Below, piece after piece: positions 1 through 10,235 of a DNA stretch of 60,721 nt. The notes below the pieces were generated by a model that made no database searches, was not told the DNA's origin, and saw only the letters and a list, made by a program, of their open reading frames with translations. Every line of letters begins with the position of its first letter. The stretch's first letter is position 1. This DNA is from an uncultured Pseudomonadales bacterium (GTDB taxonomy: Bacteria > Patescibacteriota > Microgenomatia > UBA1400 > CAYNFZ01), in contig CAYMQI010000001.1 in assembly GCA_964392715.1 (NCBI GenBank), positions 1 through 60,721 on the forward strand, given 5' to 3'. The position numbers and the translations under genes were made by a program.

Positions 1-2
1 TA

Positions 3-1595
3 AGCGCCCAAGACCCGTTTATTACCGGCCTTATCGGCCTCTTTGCTAAAGTTAAACACTCAATACCCCTAAATATCCAATTACATAACGACTTTTTTAC
101 CAATCCCTATTGGCAGAGCGAATCGCTCCAAAACCGCCTGTTTTTTTTCTTGGGTCCGCTGGTGCTTAGGTTTGCCGACAGCGTCCGCGCCGTTAGTCCC
201 CGCATCGCCGCCCACCTTCATTCACACCTCTTGCCAAAAATTCCCTGTTGGATTATTCCCGTTCCGCCAGATAAAAAATTTCTTACTGTCAAACCTGCCC
301 GCCGCCGCCCAATCGATGTTATCGCCGTCGGTCGTCTCTCACCCCAGAAAAACTTTTCCGATTTATTGCGGGCCGTATCTTTGATTGTCAAAAAATTTCC
401 TCAAACCCAAGTCGTTATCGTCGGGTCCGGACCAGAACGGTCGTCGCTTGTTGCTCAAGTGGACAGTCTCCACCTTGAAGCCAACGTCACCTTTGTGGGT
501 GCCAAAAACCAGTCTCAAACCGCCAAACTCCTCTCAGAGTCCAAAATTTACCTATCTACTTCAAATTATGAAGGTAGCAGTATTTCTCTGATCGAAGCCA
601 TGCTTATTGGACTGCCCGCTGTCGTCACCAAAGTCAGTGGCAGTCAAACACTGATCAAGTCAGCCATTAACGGTTACTTGGTTATACCCGGAGATTTTCG
701 TAGCCTTGCCAAACATGTCAATAACATCCTCTCAGACAAACACCTCTACCGTCGCTTGGCTCGCGGCTCCGCCAGGTCTGGTCAACACTTTCTTAAAGTC
801 CACCCGGAAAGCGCCTGGACAAATTGTTTAATCGCTGCCGCGGCCAAAGACACGCTCACCAAGTCCATGAAGCGGGCCAACATTACCCATTACGACCACA
901 ATCAATCAGAAATAGCCAAGTCCACAAATCACGCGAGCAAGTTAATTTATTATCCCCAAATGGTCTCTTTTGCCGCCAACTATCTTGATTTACAAGATAC
1001 CCTCATCGACATTGGTGGCGGGGCCGGCGTCTTAACCTCGCTAATCGCCGCCAAGATCCCCGACCTTAAAATTATTGGTTTAGACATATCAAAACTAATG
1101 TGCCAATCACGCATCAAAGTTGGCCTGACCGACAATCTTGTCGGGGACATGGACCGTCTGCCGATCCTCTCCAACTCAGCTGACGCAGTAATTTTTATTG
1201 CTTCCATCCATCACACCCTCAACACCGATTTGGCAATTCAGGAAGCCTACCGGATCCTCAAACCCGGTGGACGGGTGATTCTCCTTGAGCACAATTCTTT
1301 TCGCTATCTTTTCCAACTGCAGCAAACCCGTGCCATTCCCGCCCCCAACGACTCAAGAGAATGCCTGATCAATCACCACTTAATTACCCATCAACTCCAA
1401 TCTTTCGGTTTTATCATTCTTCATGATTCGGTTCATCGTCAACTGGTCAGTCTCGTCGAAATGTTTTGGAAACAAATACCCCTGCCTTTTTATCGGTTGC
1501 TTACCCTCATCGATCGGGCCACAAATAACCTTCCCCTTTACAAAGAGCTTGGCAACTTAAGTTTCACCGTTGCCCTCAAACCGTTCACCCAATAA
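3..1595 (+). CDS. Two-domain protein with its 5' end outside the window: GT4 (group 1) glycosyltransferase fused to a class I SAM-dependent methyltransferase
   Basis: The frame of ORF 150..1595 stays open back to nt 3 (SAQDPFITGLIGLFAKVKHS...), so the gene starts upstream of the window. GT-B C-terminal half: VIAVGRLSPQKNF, VVIVGSGPE, NYEGSSISLIEAMLIGLPAVVT. Second domain: LIDIGGGAGVL (SAM motif I), ADAVIFIASIHH, LKPGGRVILLE. Confidence 0.8.
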   Translation, partial: SAQDPFITGLIGLFAKVKHSIPLNIQLHNDFFTNPYWQSESLQNRLFFFLGPLVLRFADSVRAVSPRIAAHLHSHLLPKIPCWIIPVPPDKKFLTVKPARRRPIDVIAVGRLSPQKNFSDLLRAVSLIVKKFPQTQVVIVGSGPERSSLVAQVDSLHLEANVTFVGAKNQSQTAKLLSESKIYLSTSNYEGSSISLIEAMLIGLPAVVTKVSGSQTLIKSAINGYLVIPGDFRSLAKHVNNILSDKHLYRRLARGSARSGQHFLKVHPESAWTNCLIAAAAKDTLTKSMKRANITHYDHNQSEIAKSTNHASKLIYYPQMVSFAANYLDLQDTLIDIGGGAGVLTSLIAAKIPDLKIIGLDISKLMCQSRIKVGLTDNLVGDMDRLPILSNSADAVIFIASIHHTLNTDLAIQEAYRILKPGGRVILLEHNSFRYLFQLQQTRAIPAPNDSRECLINHHLITHQLQSFGFIILHDSVHRQLVSLVEMFWKQIPLPFYRLLTLIDRATNNLPLYKELGNLSFTVALKPFTQ

Positions 1596-1600
1596 CACCC

Positions 1601-3400
1601 ATGCCCTATCTAGTTGGTCTAATTACTATTGGCTTGTCATTAACCGATAAACTCTCATTTTTTCGGATTTTGTTTGGTCATTTGTTTATCTTAATTTTTG
1701 CCGGCTGGCCGCTTGCCGGCCGCATCTTTAAATCCTCCAGTGTAATTGACCGCCTTCTCAGTTCCTCACTCATCTCCATCCTCCTTACTTATCCGGCCAC
1801 CGTGCTCGTCGCCCTAGTCGAAGGCAAATCAGGCCAAGCCATCTTTTCTCCCCACCTTACCACCTCATTATTCATCTTACTATCTATCAGTTGGTTATCG
1901 GCGTTCATCGCGCCCAAAAAAATTTCACACCCTCCAACTTTCCCCCCAAAACCAACGATTTCTTTGACTCAGCCCTTGTTGTTTTCCCTTTTTATTTTTT
2001 CTTTTTTTTCGTTTACCAAGCTCGGCTACGCCAACGTCTATGGGGACGAATACGATTTGGGCTACCAAGCCTACAATCTTGTCGACGGCATTCAAGCCGG
2101 TCGCAACGCCTATCTGCTTTCCTACAGTGGCCATCCTCCGCTAACCATGTCTTTAAAACACTATTCTCTCAACTTACTCGAACCAAAAGGGTTAGATCAT
2201 CTCTCCGATTGGCACTTCCGTTTTTCCGAAGCCCTTCTCGGATTATTAACTCTTGTGGCCGTGTTTGCCTTAAGCTCACAATTTTTTTCAACCAAAGTCG
2301 CCAATCTTGCAGTCTTAATTTTAGCCACTAACAATTATTTCATTTGGCTCGGGCGCATTTTTCACCGCGAAATGCTCCTTACCTTCCTACTAACTCTTAC
2401 CGTTTACTATTTTTTCAAGGTCACCAAAGCAAAGAGACTATATTTGTTTGCCGGTCTGTCACTTGGGGCTGCCCTGCTGGTCAAGGAAACGGCCCTAGTT
2501 CTTATGCCGACGCTGTTGTTACTAACCCCCAGGAAACAGCTATCCAGGCCATTCTTGATTGCCTTCTTGATCTTCTTGCCGGTGGTCCTCTACAACATTT
2601 TGGCTTTTCTGGTCACCGGTTATGCCGACGTGTTTTTCTCAAATCTTTTTGGCGTCTATCGGCCCGGCGCCACTCCCCGAGATGATCTAAATCTACTTCC
2701 CCAAATAATTTCCATCGCCACTTACTTGATTGATCTGTTTTCACCTCTTGTCCTCCTTGCCCTCACCGCCTCAGTGGTGTTTTCCCTAAAAGACAACAAA
2801 GCCCGACCGCTTATTGCCTGGATAGTTATAACTCTACTTTTTTTCTTACTCACCGCCGTTCGGGGTTATTATTTTGTCATTCTGGCCATACCCCTAGTTA
2901 TCATCACCGCCAGAAGATTGACCGCTCTGCCTCGAATTTTTACCTCCGCCATCGCCGTCACCATTGTCCTTTTATCCTCTTTTTATTCATTCAACACCCA
3001 CATTCGTCGCCAAGATACCGTCTTGGACGAACCTAGAAATATAGACGGAAGTGTCTTTGTTCCCGTCTCCTGGAACCAAACCAAATCAAGCGTAGCCATT
3101 GGCTGGGCATACAATCACGGCTGGCTACAACTCCTTAAGGCCCTAGCCTCTCTGCCCCCTGAGTCCTCCTGTGTCACCGTCGACGACTCTCTCAACTCGC
3201 TTGCGGTTCGTCGCTACCTCTCTCTCAACGACGACATCAAAGCTTATTACCTGGGAAAATACCCTTCTCGTTTTCCCCGATGTCTCCCCAACTCAGATGG
3301 TGTTTTGGTAAGTAAAAAACACTTGACCTCTCCCGTCCTTAGCACCATCAGCGACTCGCGCCTTACCCCCCAGTTTTTCCTCTACCATTTTTCTCCCTAA
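1601..3400 (+). CDS. Polytopic membrane glycosyltransferase, GT-C fold (ArnT/PMT-like)
   Basis: 599 aa with more than 10 hydrophobic segments, an acidic loop motif (YANVYGDEYDLGYQAYN) and a soluble C-terminal domain. Starts 5 nt after the upstream stop. Confidence 0.65.
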   Translation: MPYLVGLITIGLSLTDKLSFFRILFGHLFILIFAGWPLAGRIFKSSSVIDRLLSSSLISILLTYPATVLVALVEGKSGQAIFSPHLTTSLFILLSISWLSAFIAPKKISHPPTFPPKPTISLTQPLLFSLFIFSFFSFTKLGYANVYGDEYDLGYQAYNLVDGIQAGRNAYLLSYSGHPPLTMSLKHYSLNLLEPKGLDHLSDWHFRFSEALLGLLTLVAVFALSSQFFSTKVANLAVLILATNNYFIWLGRIFHREMLLTFLLTLTVYYFFKVTKAKRLYLFAGLSLGAALLVKETALVLMPTLLLLTPRKQLSRPFLIAFLIFLPVVLYNILAFLVTGYADVFFSNLFGVYRPGATPRDDLNLLPQIISIATYLIDLFSPLVLLALTASVVFSLKDNKARPLIAWIVITLLFFLLTAVRGYYFVILAIPLVIITARRLTALPRIFTSAIAVTIVLLSSFYSFNTHIRRQDTVLDEPRNIDGSVFVPVSWNQTKSSVAIGWAYNHGWLQLLKALASLPPESSCVTVDDSLNSLAVRRYLSLNDDIKAYYLGKYPSRFPRCLPNSDGVLVSKKHLTSPVLSTISDSRLTPQFFLYHFSP

Positions 3401-3417
3401 AGGCTAAACTGTAGGCT

Positions 3418-5253
3418 ATGTGTGGCATCAACGGCTTTACTTTTCCCAATTTAACTCTCATCAAAAGCATGAATCGTACTCTCAAACACAGGGGGCCCGA
3501 CGATGGTGGAGAGTACGTTGACGGTCAAGTGTCCTTGGGCAGCAGGAGACTGTCTATCATTGATCTTTCTGCCAATGGTCATATGCCCATGTGTACAGAG
3601 GATAGCAAACTTTGGATCGTTTTTAACGGCGAGATTTACAATTTTCAGGCATTAAGGGCTGACTTACGCAAAAAAGGCATCAACTTTAAATCCCGCACTG
3701 ACACCGAAGTCATTCTCCAAGGCTATCGCCAATATGGCCGAAGTTTTATCTCCCGTTTAAATGGTATGTTTGCTTTTGCCATCTGGGACAAAGACAAGCA
3801 AGAATTGATTCTGGCTCGAGATCGTATCGGCATCAAACCCCTTTACTATACTTCCCCAAACAACCAGTTGATATTTTCCTCAGAAATCAAAGCCCTACTC
3901 ACTCACCGATTCTCCAAGCGCCTTGACCCAGACGCTATCAATCTTTATTTTCGCCTTTTGTACATTCCCTCTCCTTACACAATTTTTGAATCGGTCAAGA
4001 AGTTGGCTCCGGGCCACTTATTGGTCTGGAAAGCCGGTCGCCTCCACATCCATCAGTATTGGCAACCCGTATTTAATCCTGCAACTTTAACCCACTCTCA
4101 AGTCCTCGAGGCACTCGACACCAACTTGAACCAGGCGGTAAAAAGCAATCTCATTTCCGACCGCCCCGTTGGCGTCTTTTTAAGCGGCGGTATTGACTCC
4201 TCTTTGGTTCTGGCTTTAGCCTCACGCCACTCAAGCAAACGGCTTCATACCTACACCGCCGGTTTTGTCGTTGCCTCGGAGCAAGAAAAATATAATCAAG
4301 ACCTGATCAACGCCAGAATTTCTAGTCAGTATTTCCACACTCTCCACCACGAAGTGATGATTACCGCAGCCGACATGATCAAGCACACTCCCAAAGTCAT
4401 CTATCACCTCGACGAACCCATTTCCAACCCCAACCAAATTGCCCTCTTCATGTTAAGTAGAGCTGCCCAAAAGGACGTCACCGTTATCCTGGGAGGCGAC
4501 GGCGGTGACGAACTTTTTGCCGGCTATACTCGTTATTTAGTGCTCTATTATTTATCTTTGTATAATCATTTGCCCTCACTGCTTAAAACCAGCATCTCCA
4601 GACTCCTGACTCTGCACTCTAAACACCTAGGCAAATTGTTGGCAGAAGCCAACACTGCCGAAAGCTCCAAACTCCATACGTTATTTATGTCACAGCCAGA
4701 AGCGATCGTCACCCAAATTTTACGCCCGCAGCTAAACGACGCCACCGCCACCCCCCGATACTTTAACGCAATATTGGCCAGTCGTGCCGGTCTCCATATG
4801 GAAGAGTTTCTTATGACGGATCTGCAGACCTGGTTGCCGGAGGAATCACTTATTAAGTCCGATAAACTCAGCATGGCCAATTCCATCGAACAACGAGTTC
4901 CACTATTAAACAACGAAGTCGTAGACTTGGCCCTTGCCATCCCTTTTTCCAAAAAAATTTACCCCCGTCAAACCAAAATCCTCTTACGCCGCCTCGCCGG
5001 AAAATACCTGCCACCGGAATTAATTCGCGCCCCTAAATGGGGTTTCTTTTCACCGGTGTCCAAATGGTTCCGAGGCGATTTAAAGGAATTTGTTGCAGAC
5101 TGGATCGATTTTTCAGATACCAAAGATTATGTTAACCAGCGTCAGGCAAAAAAAATATTTAAGACCCACTTATCTGGTGGATATCATCCCCACACGATCT
5201 GGAGCGTGGTCACATTTAATTGTTGGTACCAAAGTTTCATGTCACGCCTATGA
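3418..5253 (+). CDS. asnB: Asparagine synthase (glutamine-hydrolysing) family amidotransferase, paralogue 1
   Basis: N-terminal MCGI (Cys2 Ntn nucleophile), RLSIIDLS, FNGEIYN, PP-loop SGGIDSS. 611 aa. Confidence 0.85.
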   Translation: MCGINGFTFPNLTLIKSMNRTLKHRGPDDGGEYVDGQVSLGSRRLSIIDLSANGHMPMCTEDSKLWIVFNGEIYNFQALRADLRKKGINFKSRTDTEVILQGYRQYGRSFISRLNGMFAFAIWDKDKQELILARDRIGIKPLYYTSPNNQLIFSSEIKALLTHRFSKRLDPDAINLYFRLLYIPSPYTIFESVKKLAPGHLLVWKAGRLHIHQYWQPVFNPATLTHSQVLEALDTNLNQAVKSNLISDRPVGVFLSGGIDSSLVLALASRHSSKRLHTYTAGFVVASEQEKYNQDLINARISSQYFHTLHHEVMITAADMIKHTPKVIYHLDEPISNPNQIALFMLSRAAQKDVTVILGGDGGDELFAGYTRYLVLYYLSLYNHLPSLLKTSISRLLTLHSKHLGKLLAEANTAESSKLHTLFMSQPEAIVTQILRPQLNDATATPRYFNAILASRAGLHMEEFLMTDLQTWLPEESLIKSDKLSMANSIEQRVPLLNNEVVDLALAIPFSKKIYPRQTKILLRRLAGKYLPPELIRAPKWGFFSPVSKWFRGDLKEFVADWIDFSDTKDYVNQRQAKKIFKTHLSGGYHPHTIWSVVTFNCWYQSFMSRL

Positions 5254-6353
5254 CCCGCATTTGTTTTGTGATTCCCCAATACAAACCAGCCACCGATGCT
5301 CATTACTTCTACCTCTACCAACTAATGGCCTCACTGGCTATTGCTCACGACGTCTTTGTCTTTTCCGAAACAGGTTTTAGACCCAACATTCCGGGCGCCT
5401 TAGGTTATCTCCAAAAGTTTTCCTTCCTGCCTTTGCGTTTGGCCGAACGCTGCCTTTTTTTTGCTTACCTGAATTTATCCGGATACAAAAAAATATATTG
5501 TCATTATGCCGAAACCTCCACCGTGACTGCCGCCGTTGTTTATCGGCTCATGGGAGGACAAGTCTATAAATGGCTCTGCTCCCAGGAAGATATTTATCTT
5601 AAATCATTTAGTCTCAAGCACTTGCCAGAAATTATTATCCGCCAACTGCCTTTGCTTATTTCGCTACGACTCACCCACCATCTGGTCACTTGTACAAAGT
5701 CAATGAAACAATACTATTTCGACAAGTTTCATGTTCCCAAAGCTCGCATCATCGTCATCCCCAACTTTGTCTGCCCTGAGCGTTTTGCAGAGGCCAAACC
5801 GGCTAAACTAAACATCACCAAACCCATCCTCCTATATGTTCACTGGTTATCGGAGCGTAAAGGGGCCGACAGGCTTATCGATTATGCTAGGGTTATCAAA
5901 CAACGACACCTAAATTTTCATCTGTTGGTCATCGGCGGTGGACCACTCCTACCTTCATTAAAACGTGCTGCCGCAAGAAAGCGCTTGAACAAAGTCATCA
6001 CTTTTCTGGGCCCTCTCCCGAACCAAATACTGCCTGCTTATTATCGCCTTGGCTCCTTTTTGTTACTGCCCTCCAAAGTCGAAGAGTTCGGTAGGGTCCA
6101 ACTTGAGGCCATGGCCGCTGGTCTGCCCATCTTGGCCACACAGACTCTCGCTACCCACGCGGTTCTTACTCGTTTCCAACAAGAATTAGTCGTTCCTCAA
6201 ACCAACTTTTTGGATCTGCTAGATGTAGCCCAAGATCTGATTAACAACAAGAAACGCTATCACCTCTACGTTACGGAAGGTTTAAAACAAGTGGACAATT
6301 TCAAACTTGATAAAATCACCACTATATTTAATCGCCGGATTCTCAATTCATGA
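5250..6353 (+). CDS. Glycosyltransferase family 4 (GT-B)
   Basis: ATG at 5250 overlaps the asnB stop (ATGA). The TTG at 5220 in the ORF track is a less likely start. Motifs: LLVIGGGPL, LLLPSKVEEFGRVQLEAMAAGLPILAT. Confidence 0.8.
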   Translation: MTRICFVIPQYKPATDAHYFYLYQLMASLAIAHDVFVFSETGFRPNIPGALGYLQKFSFLPLRLAERCLFFAYLNLSGYKKIYCHYAETSTVTAAVVYRLMGGQVYKWLCSQEDIYLKSFSLKHLPEIIIRQLPLLISLRLTHHLVTCTKSMKQYYFDKFHVPKARIIVIPNFVCPERFAEAKPAKLNITKPILLYVHWLSERKGADRLIDYARVIKQRHLNFHLLVIGGGPLLPSLKRAAARKRLNKVITFLGPLPNQILPAYYRLGSFLLLPSKVEEFGRVQLEAMAAGLPILATQTLATHAVLTRFQQELVVPQTNFLDLLDVAQDLINNKKRYHLYVTEGLKQVDNFKLDKITTIFNRRILNS

Positions 6354-7519
6354 AATTAACTTATACAGTCAACGCCAAGCTCCCCACCCAAAAAGCCCAC
6401 GGCACCCAAATCGCCAAAATGTGTGAAGCCTTTGCCAGTCAAGATCTCAAACTCACGCTCTATCTTCCCTCCAGAAAACAAACCAACGATTCACGGAAAC
6501 ACATCTCAATTTATGACTATTACTCTGTTGGAAAAAATTTTCAGATAAAGAAAGTATTTACCCTCGACTTTCTGGACTATAGTTTTTTGGGCAAAAAAAT
6601 TCTCTCCCTCATGTTTCTTCTTGAGGAAACCATTTTTTCGCTGTTGGTATTTCTGATTACTTATTCACACCCGGTCGTTTATACCAGAACCAAATTAGTT
6701 GCTTTACTTCGCTCCATCTTTAACAGGCCGGTTTTTTTGGAAGTCCACGACTTCACCGTCAACTCCTCGATAAATCGCTTTCTGGCCAAACGTATTTCGG
6801 GTATTATTGGCACCACTCCAGCCAATACGCAATTTTGGCGGCAGCTCCACGCCCCTGCCCTAGTCGCCCCCAACGCGGTTTCCCAGGAGTTCTTCCCCCG
6901 CCAACCCCGACACCTTGCCAGAAGCCAACTCAACATTTCTCAACAAGATCGACTCATTGGCTACATTGGCAATCTGGAAACTCTAGGCATGAAAAAAGGC
7001 ATCGACAATCTGATCGAAGCCTTTAGTCTTCTTTGCCAAATCCACCAGCACCTGCACCTGCTCATTGTTGGCGGGCCACAGGATTTAATCAATTTCTATC
7101 AGCAACAAGTTATTCGGTTGAATCTAAGCCAACAGGTGACTTTCACTGGGGCCAAACCATTTTCCCAAATACCCACCTATCTGCAGGCATGCGACATCCT
7201 CACCATTCCCTTTCCCAATCAACCCCATTTTGCCCATCACGCCTCGCCAATCAAGCTCTATGAATACATGGCCTCAGGCAAACCCATTGTTGCCTCCAAA
7301 CTTCCCTCTCATACTCGAGTGCTCAAAGATACCGCTGTCTATTTCAAACCCGGTGATAGCCATTCTCTTGCTCTAGCCATTACTACCTTAATTACAGACA
7401 AAACCCTTGCTGCCAGGCTTGGCCGGCAATCCCAAAAACTGGCCCAAAAAAACACTTGGAATAGCCGAGCCGTCAACATTCTCGCTTTTATCGCCCAAAA
7501 TTTACCAAATCATGAATAA
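6350..7519 (+). CDS. Glycosyltransferase family 4 (GT-B)
   Basis: ATGA overlap with the upstream gene. Motifs: HLLIVGGPQD, SPIKLYEYMASGKPIVASKLP. Confidence 0.8.
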   Translation: MKLTYTVNAKLPTQKAHGTQIAKMCEAFASQDLKLTLYLPSRKQTNDSRKHISIYDYYSVGKNFQIKKVFTLDFLDYSFLGKKILSLMFLLEETIFSLLVFLITYSHPVVYTRTKLVALLRSIFNRPVFLEVHDFTVNSSINRFLAKRISGIIGTTPANTQFWRQLHAPALVAPNAVSQEFFPRQPRHLARSQLNISQQDRLIGYIGNLETLGMKKGIDNLIEAFSLLCQIHQHLHLLIVGGPQDLINFYQQQVIRLNLSQQVTFTGAKPFSQIPTYLQACDILTIPFPNQPHFAHHASPIKLYEYMASGKPIVASKLPSHTRVLKDTAVYFKPGDSHSLALAITTLITDKTLAARLGRQSQKLAQKNTWNSRAVNILAFIAQNLPNHE

Positions 7520-8381
7520 AGTTTTCATTCTCATCCCCACTTTCAATCGCTCTGAAATTCTCAAGCTCTGCCTTGACTGCATTCATAAACAGACTTCCCC
7601 AAACTACCAAACCATTGTTATCAACGATGGCTCTCGCGACAACACCTCTGCAATCATCTCCAAGTACCCCAAAACAACAGAATTAAAAGGTGATGGCCAT
7701 CTCTGGTGGACCGGGGCCATGAGAAAAGGGGTTGAGTACATTTTGCCTAGAAGTAAAAAAGGGGATTGGGTACTTTTAATGAACGATGATACCAAGTTTG
7801 ACAAAGATTACATCAAAAAAATTATTGGAGTAGGGGAGCGCCCAAAAAGATCCATCATCACCTCAGTCTGTCTTGACATAAAAACTAAGTCCAAAGTTCT
7901 AGAAGCCGGTGTCAAAGTTGACTGGACTAAACCTCGCTTTGACCAACCTTTAAAACCTCCCACTAACCTCTCCAATGCCCCCTTAACACCCGTTGATACA
8001 GCCTGCGGTCGTGGTACCCTCATCCCCATTGAAGTCTTTAACCAAATTGGTAATTTCACTTGTCACCTTCCCCACTACGGAGCTGACTATGAATTTATGA
8101 TCCGGGCGAGAGAGGCTGGTTTCCCTCTATATATCTCCTATCAATGCCGCGTCTTTGCCACCGCCAAAGCCGGAGGTGTCAGTTTCGTTCCTGGCCGTCA
8201 CCTCACCATCGGGAAGCTCTGGCAACAAATGTTTTCCCGCCGCTCCAAATCCAATATTGTCGATCAATTAATGTTCATCCTCTTAACCGTTCCCAAACCC
8301 CTAATTCCTCTCAGATTTTATTTCTGGATCAAGGACATTGTCTTTCGCACAGTTTTTCTCTTTAGACAAAAAACTTCTTAA
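7512..8381 (+). CDS. Glycosyltransferase family 2 (GT-A)
   Basis: Internal ATG at 7512 gives MNKVFILIPTFNRSEILKLCLDCIHKQTSPNYQTIVINDGSRDNT, followed by LLMNDDT. The upstream extension in the ORF track overlaps the preceding gene. Confidence 0.8.
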   Translation: MNKVFILIPTFNRSEILKLCLDCIHKQTSPNYQTIVINDGSRDNTSAIISKYPKTTELKGDGHLWWTGAMRKGVEYILPRSKKGDWVLLMNDDTKFDKDYIKKIIGVGERPKRSIITSVCLDIKTKSKVLEAGVKVDWTKPRFDQPLKPPTNLSNAPLTPVDTACGRGTLIPIEVFNQIGNFTCHLPHYGADYEFMIRAREAGFPLYISYQCRVFATAKAGGVSFVPGRHLTIGKLWQQMFSRRSKSNIVDQLMFILLTVPKPLIPLRFYFWIKDIVFRTVFLFRQKTS

Positions 8382-9504
8382 TTTCTAGTATCACTTCTGT
8401 TTGTTCAGTTCTTTTCATTCTTGCGAATATGGGTAGCCGAATCAGCCGGCCTGCGTATTTTTGAGTCAAGGGTAAATCTTCGGTCCTATACCCAAGCTTG
8501 CGCCCCATCGGAGCACTATGCAAAGGAATATAATGGAACACTGCCAGGACGCCCTTACTTTTCAAATAATCCATCAGAGCATTCCTTACTTTTTGCGAAT
8601 TTAAAATCAAGTAAAAAATATGATAGTTGCTCTCTCTATCCCCTGGTGCCTGAGACATTTTTAATAAGCCTTTTGCTTCTAACGGTTTTAGCTTTTTCCT
8701 ATAAGTTTCATAAATCACTCTCCTTATCTTGTGAATTCTCTCTATTTGTTCCAGTTGACCAAGCAGAAATGCCGCCCCCAACTCCGAAATTAAATACGAA
8801 GATCCAATATCCACCCATGTATACTTATCAACTTCCCCTCGAAAAAACTGGCTCCGATTCGTCCCTTTCTCCCTAATTATCTCCGCTCTCTTGATTAGTT
8901 TAGGATCATTTATCACCAGCGCCCCACCCTCACCAGCCACAAAATTTTTTGACTCGTGGAAACTATAAGCCCCCAAATCACCAATCGTTCCCAAATAACG
9001 ATCTTTATATTTGGCATTCACACCCTGAGCCGCATCCTCTACCACTTTCAATTTATACTTCCTTGCCGTACTCATAATCTTATCCATCTCGCAACCAACC
9101 CCGGCATAATGCACCACATAAATCGCCTTCGTTTTTTTGGTAATCAATTTTTCTATTAAATTTTCATCCATATTCATGGCCCTTGGGTTAATGTCCACAA
9201 ACACTGGTTTTGCCCCAAAGATCATAAAAGCATTCACTGTTGACGAAAAAGTGAATGAAGGCACAATTACCTCGTCACCAGGGCCCAAGCCCAGTAACAA
9301 CGACGCCATCTCCATCGCTGAAGTGCACGAGGGGGTTAGTAAAACCTTTTGTGCCTTAAACTTTTTTTCCAGCAGAGTTTCGCACCTTCTCCCAAAACTG
9401 CCATCTCCGGCTAAATTCACTCCCGCCAACACTTCCTTCACATATTTTTTCTCATTTCCCTCATTACTCACGCGCGCTAAGGGCACTTTATATGCTTTAT
9501 TCAT
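8362..9504 (-). CDS. wecE: dTDP-4-amino-4,6-dideoxyhexose (Fuc4N-type) transaminase, WecE-like, DegT family
   Basis: Long colinear similarity to E. coli WecE as I recall it: GDGSFGRRCE, VLLTPSCTSAMEMA, VHYAGVGCEMD, VEDAAQGV, SFHESKNFVAGEGG (PLP lysine), EIIREKGTNRSQFFRGEVDKYTW, AVFHYIPLH. ATG at 9504 forms an ATGA overlap with the wecD-like stop; the track start at 9516 is TTG. Confidence 0.8.
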   Translation of the reverse strand: MNKAYKVPLARVSNEGNEKKYVKEVLAGVNLAGDGSFGRRCETLLEKKFKAQKVLLTPSCTSAMEMASLLLGLGPGDEVIVPSFTFSSTVNAFMIFGAKPVFVDINPRAMNMDENLIEKLITKKTKAIYVVHYAGVGCEMDKIMSTARKYKLKVVEDAAQGVNAKYKDRYLGTIGDLGAYSFHESKNFVAGEGGALVINDPKLIKRAEIIREKGTNRSQFFRGEVDKYTWVDIGSSYLISELGAAFLLGQLEQIERIHKIRRVIYETYRKKLKPLEAKGLLKMSQAPGDRESNYHIFYLILNSQKVRNALMDYLKSKGVLAVFHYIPLHSAPMGRKLGYRTEDLPLTQKYAGRLIRLPIFARMKRTEQTEVILEIKKFFV

Positions 9505-10235
9505 CTTCGATGCCAATGAAAAATATATCTGGCCGATTTTAATTCAAAACCACACCCCAAATAAAACTTCACAGCTATTATATTCGATAGTTGGGTCACT
9601 ACTGCTACTTCACCAATCCCATCGGCTGCCAGTTTTACCAAACTTGAATCCATCATTTTCCTACCCCATCCCCTACCTCGAAAATCATCTTCAACGGCAA
9701 CTAACTTCAACACCACTTTTTCTTCTCCTTCATCCTGAAAAATTGCCATACTTATCACTTTATTATTAATTTTCAGACCATAACACCAACCTTTATCAGT
9801 ACCTCCAATAAATCTCTTTATCCAAATTCTATACATTTCCTCTACCCTAAACCTTGTTTTTACATCTCTCCAGAACCTGCTTTTTTGCGACAGCTTTTGC
9901 GCCAACATATACAATTGCTTTAAAGTTTGGGAATTTTTAATTTTAGTCAGATCAATAAGATGTTCATCCACATTCTTCTCGTATTTTGCGAGCCTCTTTT
10001 CCAGTATTACTTCGATATCTATTAACTCAAAACCAAGACGATACAAACCCTTCAAGTTTTCAGTCAGCGAACTTCCTTGCCAATAATATATAGTTTCAAA
10101 TTTTTCATTTTTAATTTCTGCCAACAATTTTGTCTCATTGTCCTTATCTAAAATTATTTCCTCGGCCACTCTGGCCGTCTTCTTGCCAAAGAACTTGCTG
10201 TCCCACTCCATAATTTCCAAAATATCACTCTTCAT
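9501..10235 (-). CDS. wecD: GNAT acetyltransferase, WecD-like (dTDP-fucosamine acetyltransferase family)
   Basis: N-terminal LEIMEWDSKFFGKKTARV resembles the WecD N-domain (W-x-x-x-FFG). C-terminal GNAT core: VAVEDDFRGRGWGRKMM ... AVKFYLGCGF. Translationally coupled to the wecE-like gene. Confidence 0.65.
   Translation of the reverse strand: MKSDILEIMEWDSKFFGKKTARVAEEIILDKDNETKLLAEIKNEKFETIYYWQGSSLTENLKGLYRLGFELIDIEVILEKRLAKYEKNVDEHLIDLTKIKNSQTLKQLYMLAQKLSQKSRFWRDVKTRFRVEEMYRIWIKRFIGGTDKGWCYGLKINNKVISMAIFQDEGEEKVVLKLVAVEDDFRGRGWGRKMMDSSLVKLAADGIGEVAVVTQLSNIIAVKFYLGCGFELKSARYIFHWHRR

Noticed and set aside
9137-9769. A 210-aa + strand ORF spanning the wecE/wecD-like junction.
   Set aside because: It is antisense to two genes with strong family signatures, its sequence is low complexity, and it lacks a plausible start context.
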